A DNA stretch of 7,089 nt, taken from Trichoplax adhaerens. Its lineage: Eukaryota > Animalia > Placozoa. Positions 1 to 7,089 of the stretch are shown here, in pieces. Position 1 is the first letter of the stretch. Every line of letters begins with the position of its first letter. Under the pieces are notes generated by a model that saw nothing but the letters and a program-made list of their open reading frames with translations, searched no databases and was not told the DNA's origin. Both the position numbers and the translations under genes were made by a program. The stretch spans positions 1 through 7,089 of the forward strand of contig NW_002061258.1 of the NCBI RefSeq assembly GCF_000150275.1. Reading direction: 5' to 3'.

Positions 1-174
1 CATTTTTCACACATGGATAAGTACAGGAATATCATTGGCAACTTGAATTACTACAATATTAGCTAATAAACTAAATATCCACTTTCTCGTTGGTTTTCAG
101 TTTTAGTAGTAGAATAATTAAATTACCCAAACGTTAGTAATCTATTTCTAGTATTTACCATAATCTAATTGACA

Positions 175-180
175 TTTAAT
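175..180 (-). promoter_or_regulatory. Possible polyadenylation signal (ATTAAA) for gene A
   Basis: ATTAAA on the - strand about 70 nt after the stop codon. Chance occurrence is likely in AT-rich DNA. Confidence 0.25.
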
Positions 181-250
181 CTGGGGGTAAGAGAAACGAA
201 CTGCTTTTGTTACTGCTTGTCTATAAAAAACCACTGATGCTTAAAGAGAT

Positions 251-431
251 CTAAAAGAAAAGTGATAAAAGTGAACAAATTGCATAAAATAGGAAAGATC
301 CAACCACAACTGATGACGCATGATTAGTATATCCTTGATTTGGAGGCACTGCATAGGTTTGTGCATTTTGATCAGGAAAAATACTGCATTCATAAAGTAG
401 CTTGAGAGCCGCTTGTACATTATTTGGCAAG
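251..431 (-). CDS. Gene A terminal exon: end of second Frizzled-like CRD plus GPI-signal-like hydrophobic C-terminus
   Basis: Acceptor ttttttgtttAG| (AG at 433-432). The first base C completes the split codon TG|C (Cys). It then reads LPNNVQAALKLLYECSIFPDQNAQTYAVPPNQGYTNHASSVVVGSFLFYAICSLLSLFF-TAG (stop 253-251). It is homologous to the 181-nt exon at 6613-6793. Confidence 0.9.
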
Positions 432-587
432 CTAAACAAAAAAGAATATTATATATTTTGAGACAGTTAAATAGTCTCTTCCACTTAATAAATATAAAAA
501 GAAAAAATATGTATCACTGTATAAAAGCTTTCTAATGCAACATAATTACTGTTAATACTGCAATATATCATCACTTGCCATACTTAC
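432..587 (-). other. Gene A intron (156 bp, phase 2, GT-AG)
   Basis: Donor TG|GTAAGT at 587 and pyrimidine-rich acceptor ending at 432. Splicing removes the in-frame TAA and restores a Cys. Position and phase match the intron at 6794-6968. Confidence 0.9.
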
Positions 588-1264
588 CAATTGATCGCAG
601 CTTCACATTCTTGTCTGCTTATTACACCGAGAAGCTTTTTTGAATCACTGCTACAAAAGGGTACATTGCGGCATGAGATTCTAACCCACCTATTAGTGCA
701 GCTGGTTCCAATTCCAGCCCTACTTAAAGTATTTCTCAAGTTGGTAATAGCAGCATTTTGACCTGGCAGCTCAGGTATCAACCAAGTTGGAAAAGTAATA
801 TTCGAAGGTAATGTTCCGCATTGAAACGAATTCAATGAATTCATGCTATATCTTCCACAGGAAGTTAAACTGATTTGTCTCCCTGATAAAGTACATATCT
901 GAGTTCCTGTCTGTCCATTTAAACTGATAGTATTGGCGGGACATGAGCTAAGCCCGCTACACCCACTAGCAATACTTCCATATGTAGCGACAGTAGAATC
1001 ACTTGAACATCTCGGGTATGCTCCTGTACATAAAATTTGCTTTACCGCACTACTACAGGTACTTCCTAGCGTTACTTGTAAGGTAGAGAAAGAGTTTGCA
1101 ATCAGCGTCATCGCTTTATCAAGTCTCTTGACCATAATTGTCGGAGAAGTATAACTCATGCCACATAAACTTCTGATACTACTGCTCGGCATAGAGCAAG
1201 AATTTAAATCGCTTTCCACATAGGCGACTGCAGTGACGTTTACGTTCCTTCTCTTCCTAATTTC
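588..1264 (-). CDS. Gene A main exon: furin-type site RKRR followed by two tandem 8-Cys Frizzled/Smoothened-like CRDs
   Basis: Acceptor ttgttactctacAG| (1266-1265, phase 0) leads to EIRKRRNVNVTAV...SRQECEAAIN-TG|GT. Cys spacing in domain 1 (1198-893) is C-x10-C-x35-C-x8-C-x6-C-x15-C-x5-C-x15-C. In domain 2 (859 into the last exon, to 386) it is C-x12-C-x39-C-x8-C-x5-C-x15-C-x5-C-x14-C. FZ-like motifs are LCTGAYPRC, NITFPTWL, SRQEC and CSIFP. The product call is from motif recognition, not a database search. Confidence 0.85.
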
Positions 1265-1360
1265 CTGTAGAGTAACAATGTTATACATTATATGAAAGTG
1301 ATCATATCGATAATGAGATAATATTCGTTTTTAAGGTATAAACGACTCAAAATCACATAC

Positions 1361-1418
1361 TCCTATACGCGAATGGTGTATGTCATTATTGCTGTGACTA
1401 TTACAAGCACGTAAGCCT
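1361..1418 (-). CDS. Possible small propeptide exon of gene A (tentative)
   Basis: Acceptor aattccattAG| at 1420-1419 and donor GGA|GTATGT at 1360. The frame is open (GLRACNSHSNNDIHHSRIG) and ends in phase 0, so it would join EIRKRR across a 96-bp intron. There is no homology support. Confidence 0.25.
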
Positions 1419-1894
1419 CTAATGGAATTGATTAAAGACGATCTCTTCAGTATATATCACAAATGAATTAATTTAGAAGCATCATTGCTGCGTCAAAATC
1501 CTCGAGCTACTGAAATTCAATGGCTACTTTCGCCAAAGTGTAGCGCTGTCAGTGTTTATTAAGCCAGAGCTTTTTTTCGATAATTAATAACCGACAAAAT
1601 AACCAAACGTCTCCTACATTTCATTGTCTATAACGCATTACATACTGTAAGTCAATCACATTCAGCGTTGCGAGGTTGATTTTAAACTAAAAATGTGTAA
1701 TTGGCATCCTATTCGTAGAATAAGCATAACTACATGCACACACATATGCGAATCAAGACATGTAACGATATGTACATTTGAACTGTTCACACTAGGTCAT
1801 TTAGTATAATTTATAAAACAATTTTTCTAATTTATTTTTGCGTTTTCCCTCGTGCTTTTTGTATCCAAATAACAAATCATAGAGAACTTTGGTA

Positions 1895-2341
1895 NNNNNN
1901 NNNNNNNNNNNNNNNNNNNNNNNNNNNNNNNNNNNNNNNNNNNNNNNNNNNNNNNNNNNNNNNNNNNNNNNNNNNNNNNNNNNNNNNNNNNNNNNNNNNN
2001 NNNNNNNNNNNNNNNNNNNNNNNNNNNNNNNNNNNNNNNNNNNNNNNNNNNNNNNNNNNNNNNNNNNNNNNNNNNNNNNNNNNNNNNNNNNNNNNNNNNN
2101 NNNNNNNNNNNNNNNNNNNNNNNNNNNNNNNNNNNNNNNNNNNNNNNNNNNNNNNNNNNNNNNNNNNNNNNNNNNNNNNNNNNNNNNNNNNNNNNNNNNN
2201 NNNNNNNNNNNNNNNNNNNNNNNNNNNNNNNNNNNNNNNNNNNNNNNNNNNNNNNNNNNNNNNNNNNNNNNNNNNNNNNNNNNNNNNNNNNNNNNNNNNN
2301 NNNNNNNNNNNNNNNNNNNNNNNNNNNNNNNNNNNNNNNNN
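1895..2341. other. Assembly gap (447 N)
   Basis: Run of N interrupting the 5' part of gene A. Confidence 0.99.
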
Positions 2342-2394
2342 TTAACATGGCATAGGATGGAAAAGATAACCAACGCAAGGCACGCTGACTTCAT
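2342..2394 (-). CDS. Gene A probable first coding exon (signal peptide), truncated by assembly gap
   Basis: ATG lies in the context atcaaaATGa. MKSACLALVIFSILCHV has the n-region and h-region of a classical signal peptide. It is on the same strand upstream of the Cys-rich exon. The donor site is presumably inside the N-gap. Confidence 0.65.
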
Positions 2395-3921
2395 TTTGAT
2401 CCAATTTAGAATGAGTTAATTTCCTATTTAGAAATAACATTGACATTTTATATGAAAATTTCAAAAAACTTTGTTAATAATACCCAACAATTTAATCTCC
2501 AGAATAGCTAGCTACAACATTGTTCTACCCATAGTATAAGTACGCGTCGTCTTTTTTGTCGATTTTTTTTTACAATTGGTTATTGAAAACAAAGATTAGT
2601 AGAAGTTTTTCTATTCATCTTTACACAAGAGTAGCATAGCATGAAGGGGAATAAAACTCCCAATGAAATCATTTGTCAGTAAACTACAAAGTACTGTACA
2701 GTATATCATTACCCGTTATGACGATAATAAGTTGGATTTTTCCAATATGGAAAAGCGTCAAAAACTACCTTGACATTAATCGCACAATTTATAATAATAA
2801 TTCCTTTCACTATTTATAAAAGATATATATGATTAACTAATAATGCTGCTAGTACTGTAGTAATGGTAGTAATAAGGTTATCATTATTAGAAACAGCACC
2901 GTCCATTAATACCTACTGCTCAATCCATATTTGATTTTACTACACCTTGCACTCAACTAACCCGTTACTTGTCTCTTTTAAGTATTAAAAATAACATGGA
3001 AAGTATTCCATCAACGATTTCGGGCGTAACAAAGACATACGGTAGCGTAGATTTATAGAGTACGTTAATGGTTGGTTATTCTTCATGTGTTCAAAAGTCA
3101 TTCTCATCAATGGTACCATTGCGATAGACATTTGTATTGATTAAGTCGACCGGAATATCAAGGTTGATTTATCCTACTCTCACCCAACTCAATCAATATA
3201 TTGATTCTTGCCGATTTTTAGCTACTGTATATTTCCCCCAAATTCGCTATGCCTTGGCAATCTTCTCAATTCAACGTACTGTAGTAGACATATTTTTTCG
3301 ATGCATACCGTAAGTGTTCAAACGATTACACGATGTAGACTAAAAGAATGTAAAGTGTGCGTAGTGCTACCTACTGTAAACCTTCACCAAGTATTTGTAT
3401 TGACAGACTCGATTGAAATAGAGAGAGAGCAACATTAGGACTAATGCAATAAGAGAAAGTTGATAGCATTACCACTGGAGTAGTTTTATATTGGTACTTA
3501 ATTAACAGAGAGCCGTCGAAAATTATTGTCACGCGATTCACCAACCAATTATTTCATTGTAAAAAAGAAAAATACCCTCGAACATACGGTGCAAAACTTG
3601 CACTGTAGATGATTTCAGCTAGTGATTCATTTTACAAAAGTATAGAGTGATTTTGATCAAGTTAATTCTAATTGTAGCATCAGCTCCAAAGTATAGCATG
3701 CACTATCCAAAAGAAGACATTGTCACTGAAATTGAAAATGGTTGATATTGATCGAGGACGGCGCCACACCTTGAAATAATGATCGTTATCACTACAATTC
3801 TCGACGCATACAAACAAGGACACAAAGGTGGGCAAATAGGAGAAGTGTATATGCTATTCGATGGTAGGCGATCACTTTAATGCTTTTTTTAACCATCGAA
3901 TCCATGCAAACCTTCGTCGAT

Positions 3922-4367
3922 GGAAGTGACCAATCNNNNNNNNNNNNNNNNNNNNNNNNNNNNNNNNNNNNNNNNNNNNNNNNNNACTGAGCCAATTAGA
4001 AACATTAGTCGTCGTTAAATCGATTACGCGTACTGTACAGTACGTGCTGACGTAACCTGTGCCCATCTCCCTTCCATTACCACGTGATATCAACGGCTCG
4101 ATGATTACTATAGAAAGCTTTGTTTTCAATCGCAACTCGGGGATAATGACCTCCGACCTACCGTACTGTACAATACGTACCGGTACAGTACTACCAACTA
4201 GAGATAACTGGAGTGTACTGTACAGGACAGATTGTGTACTGTACCAATACGCTTCCTGGTCACAGTCACGTGCCATCAATCCACTATAATAATAGGATGC
4301 CAATCTTGGGCCGAGGTCGTGACGTCATTGGTGAGACAAACAGGAACTCGTTTTCAAAGTGACGCAA
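3922..4367. promoter_or_regulatory. CpG-rich promoter/enhancer-like motif cluster
   Basis: GGAAGT at 3922. CCAAT at 3930, 3992 and 4300, and ATTGG at 4327. TGACGTAA at 4048. CACGTG at 4081 and 4267. Perfect CRE TGACGTCA at 4320-4327. TGACGCAA at 4360. GC and CpG content is visibly higher than in the flanks. Confidence 0.4.
3936..3985. other. Assembly gap (50 N)
   Basis: Run of N, probably a placeholder size. Confidence 0.99.
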
Positions 4368-4528
4368 CTACAGTACAGTACTGCACTGTACATCAATTCA
4401 TACTGTAGACGTTGGTTCAATAGGGATAATGCAAGTACAGTAATTCGTTATTGTGTAAAAACAACTCTAGAGTGACTATTGGATTACCATCACTGTCCAT
4501 CAGGGAGGAATCAGTTATGAACGAATGC

Positions 4529-4766
4529 ATGGAAAAGGATTCAGATTAAATAGAGATCATTTTATTGAATAGTTTGAGTCAACAATTGAAGAGTGCAGAC
4601 AGGTTCTTATCGGGGGGCCTACTATTATTTTTACTGGACGTTTCTCACGTATGGAAAAGGATTCAGATAAATAGACAGTACGTCATTTCAATGAATAGTT
4701 TCAGTCAAGAATGCAGACATGTTCTGGTCGGGGGCCTACTATTATTTTCAATGGACGTTTCTCACG
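4529..4766. repeat. Two-copy diverged tandem repeat (units 4529-4650, 122 bp, and 4651-4766, about 116 bp)
   Basis: Both units run ATGGAAAAGGATTCAGAT...TGAATAGTTT...TGCAGACA...TCGGGGGCCTACTATTATTTT...TGGACGTTTCTCACG, with several indels. Confidence 0.9.
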
Positions 4767-5245
4767 GTACAGTAGTCCCTAACTCAGTACAGTGCTTGGT
4801 GCTACGATAAGCAGATTATGAATCAAACTTCTGCTTCATACATTGTTACTCAAATGGAGAAAAATTGCTGTAACACTTTCCCTCCCTTAATTTGACTCAT
4901 GAACGTGGATTAAAGTATCTTTGCAACTCAACCTTGAACCGAATATTCAGACTTTCATCGCCAAATTCCATTAAGATTCGATTCAGAAAGTGCAGTACAG
5001 TACTGTACGTATACTGTATGCCGTAGACTGTAGGAGCGATTACAGCAAGGGTTGTTGTTCTTTTAAAGTGCAATTGTAGGCCTATCTTAAACCAGTGTTA
5101 ATTTCGGAATGACAGAGTAATCCCTGCAGTACACTACTGTACTGTAGGTGTACAGGGCAGTAAATGAAAGGAAGCAGAGATGAAGTAAATAGCATGGAGA
5201 TAGTTAAACGAAATAAAGAAGTCATTTAGAAAACATCTTCATCAT

Positions 5246-5350
5246 NNNNNNNNNNNNNNNNNNNNNNNNNNNNNNNNNNNNNNNNNNNNNNNNNNNNNNN
5301 NNNNNNNNNNNNNNNNNNNNNNNNNNNNNNNNNNNNNNNNNNNNNNNNNN
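5246..5350. other. Assembly gap (105 N)
   Basis: Run of N. Confidence 0.99.
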
Positions 5351-6164
5351 TAGCATAATTGATTGTTGCTATACAACAATCCTATTTAAGCTGTAGAGAA
5401 CGGCTACTTTCACTCGTTTTATACGCCTATTGGGTAAGCTAAAGTCCAATTTCATTGGCACAACTTCAGCACAGATATTGTCATCAATAGGACTTCTCGC
5501 ACTATTCACTATTCAGTATTAAGCTAACTCTTAACTCTATTGCAGAGCCTAAAATGGTGTTATCTCATCCATGGACTACCCAATAAATCTCATATCCTTA
5601 AATTTTATAACATCTATTTTACAGGACATTCTTGCCTTTGGCTATTTTATAGCAACCTTACGATAATAACAACGCACAGGTGGATGTACACTGTACAGTA
5701 GTGGGTTAGTATACTGTACAAGAAGTCACATCGAACTTTTTCAATAAATAAATGTACTAATAGAACTATCGACTCGTAATTGAAATTGAACACACGTAAA
5801 CATTTCTAGCATACATATACACCACTGTACTATGCATTAGATAAAGTGTAGATAAGCCGGATGGAATGTACAATACATATGATAGATACTAAAGAGTTAA
5901 TTACGATATTATCCTAACTGACAAGACAAGACAGCAAATCATTAATCAGAACAACTTAATCGATCTTTTTGTCATTATTTACAGTCAATACCCAATTAAA
6001 GAAATTGTAGCATAGTGCAGCAACCGACTTACAGGAAAAGAAAGATCAAAACAAGTTGATCATTTTTCAATCGATTTTATTCTCATTAAACCGTCTAAAA
6101 TCCGTAATAATATAAAATTTATCTAAAATCCTAAAAGGTACTGTTATGCATTCTTAAAACAGAT

Positions 6165-6430
6165 CTTGGTTGTAGGCTAGACTATAAAACAGCTAAGTAT
6201 CAAATTACCGTTGCAGAGATACATGTTGGCAGTCTTCTACTTACTAAAGTGAAATTTCAAGAAAAATCAAAACTCTTCCTATGTCCATTTTAAGATACTT
6301 GGTTGTAAGCTAGACTATAAAACAGCTATGTATCAAATTACCGTTGCAGAGATACTTGCTGGCAGTCTTCCACTTACTAAAGTGAAGTTTCAAGAAAAAT
6401 CAAAACTCTTCCTATGTCCAATTTAAGGTA
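6165..6430. repeat. Two-copy 133-bp tandem duplication (6165-6297, 6298-6430)
   Basis: Both units start CTTGGTTGTA(G/A)GCTAGACTATAAAACAGC. Hand alignment gives 8 substitutions and no indels (about 94% identity). Confidence 0.95.
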
Positions 6431-6612
6431 CTTACAGTATGTCACAAGCATTTAGCAATATGATATAAACTCTTGCAGCAAATACTGTAGTAGAGTATAG
6501 TAATTAGAATCATAAGGGTATTGCTTTCAAAACTTACTGTCGATACCCACTAGCTCTAATATAATGGTAACTAATCAGTCATATAAAATTTTTTTTATGC
6601 ATATTCCAGAAT

Positions 6613-6793
6613 TTAATTTATGAAAAAGATTGACATGAGAATGCAAAATAAGTAAAGCAAGATTGATTCAATAGCTACCGCAGTACCACCACCACTATAT
6701 GCTTGATCTGGGGGTAAGGTTACACTTGCCGAAGTTTGATCAGGATAAACAGTACAGTCAAGGAGACTCGATCCTTGAAAACTACTTGGCAAG
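6613..6793 (-). CDS. Gene B (paralog of gene A) terminal exon with GPI-signal-like C-terminus
   Basis: Acceptor ataatttcAG| (6795-6794). C completes TG|C, then LPSSFQGSSLLDCTVYPDQTSASVTLPPDQAYSGGGTAVAIESILLYLFCILMSIFFIN-TAA (6615-6613). It aligns with the gene A last exon at LP..Q, C...PDQ, PP.Q.Y and the hydrophobic tail. Confidence 0.9.
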
Positions 6794-6968
6794 CTGAAAT
6801 TATATTTTTATTCCAAATAAATTAAATGTCACAAGGTAAATCGAATATTTTCAATTGACTAGTGGTTTATTCAAAACTTCTTAGGTAATACTTTAGGATG
6901 GCTATGTTTATGTACAGTATATCCATACATACTGTAAACAGCGTGCAGTAGGTATCATAACCACTTAC
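6794..6968 (-). other. Gene B intron (175 bp, phase 2, GT-AG)
   Basis: Donor TG|GTAAGT at 6968 and acceptor tttcAG ending at 6794. It occupies the same position as the gene A intron. Confidence 0.9.
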
Positions 6969-7089
6969 CAGTTGAAAGCTGCTTGGCATTGTTGTCGTGT
7001 TACAGCACTATAAAGTTTCTTTCGGTCGCTACTGCAAAATGGAGTATTAACACACAAAAGTTTCATCCACCTATCTACGCAACTTTTTA
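6969..7089 (-). CDS. Gene B penultimate exon (3' part; continues beyond the window): Frizzled-like CRD
   Basis: Reads KSCVDRWMKLLCVNTPFCSSDRKKLYSAVTRQQCQAAFN-TG|. It is identical at 22 of 40 positions (including the split Cys) to gene A TSCTNRWVRISCRNVPFCSSDSKKLLGVISRQECEAAINC, with all Cys conserved. Confidence 0.9.

Larger units (their letters stand above)
1643..6936. repeat. Dispersed TACAGTA/TACTGTA heptamers (about 29 copies, often chained)
   Basis: Hand count of starts: 1643, 2692, 2697, 2853, 3223, 3277, 3372, 4031, 4036, 4164, 4184, 4216, 4237, 4369, 4374, 4401, 4436, 4768, 4996, 5001, 5012, 5135, 5140, 5694, 5712, 6433, 6483, 6913, 6930. None was seen in the called exons. Confidence 0.85.

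Noticed and set aside
179-191. 13-bp match ATCTGGGGGTAAG shared with 6706-6718
   Set aside because: The similarity does not extend on either side and the positions are non-homologous (3'UTR versus coding), so it is treated as chance.
933-1154. 73-aa + strand ORF
   Set aside because: It is the antisense shadow of the gene A main exon, with a non-ATG start and no recognisable features.
1265-1288. ATG at 1288 as start of the 234-aa ORF, and TAA at 584 as its stop
   Set aside because: No signal peptide follows the ATG, which lies in an acceptor region. The TAA is part of the GTAAGT donor.
1801-2419. ORFs 1801..2394, 1827..2378 and 1889..2419 spanning the N-gap
   Set aside because: Their length comes from Ns. 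Only the signal-peptide start of 1801..2394 is retained. The post-gap part (TKVLYD...) has no good donor before its stop and is probably intron.
2811-2818. TATAAATA on the - strand as the gene A TATA box
   Set aside because: It is common in AT-rich DNA and about 420 bp from the ATG, so it cannot be supported without TSS data.
3856-3901. 10-bp inverted repeat ATTCGATGGT/ACCATCGAAT with a 26-nt loop
   Set aside because: It is too short for a miRNA hairpin or MITE, and there is no target-site duplication.
3208-4303. ORFs 3208..3438, 3792..3995, 3872..4303 and 4059..4289
   Set aside because: They are short, overlapping or gap-spanning, and most are peppered with YC/YS/TV residues produced by the TACWGTA motifs. 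No domain is recognisable.
4565-4810. 81-aa ORF with an internal repeat
   Set aside because: It is the translation of the tandem DNA repeat, with a non-ATG start and indel-rich units.
4819-4975. Peptide fragments KWRKIAVTLSLP and WIKVSLQLNL resembling a death-domain helix
   Set aside because: They are bounded by stops, very short and lack splice support. The resemblance is too weak to call.
4529-6430. Repeats interpreted as a CRISPR array
   Set aside because: The context is eukaryotic, the units are over 100 bp with only two copies each, and there are no spacers or cas genes.

Overview
AT-rich eukaryotic genomic DNA, most likely animal, from a draft assembly with three N-gaps. It has short GT-AG introns and a compact layout. 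A non-bilaterian such as a placozoan is plausible but cannot be proven from the sequence. The window holds two tandem paralogous genes on the - strand. Gene A spans about 2394 to 251: a signal-peptide exon partly lost in a gap, a 677-nt exon and a 181-nt last exon. It encodes a predicted secretory protein with signal peptide, propeptide ending in RKRR, two tandem 8-cysteine Frizzled/Smoothened-like cysteine-rich domains (CRDs), and a GPI-anchor-like hydrophobic C-terminus, with no 7TM region. Gene B (window edge 7089 to 6613) is missing from the ORF track. It shows the same last two exons, with the intron in the same position and phase. The ~4 kb between them contains two 2-copy tandem duplications (about 120 bp and 133 bp) and a CpG-rich cluster of CRE, E-box and CCAAT motifs. 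TACAGTA/TACTGTA heptamers are about 20-fold over-represented in non-coding DNA and match Tc1-type transposon excision footprints.
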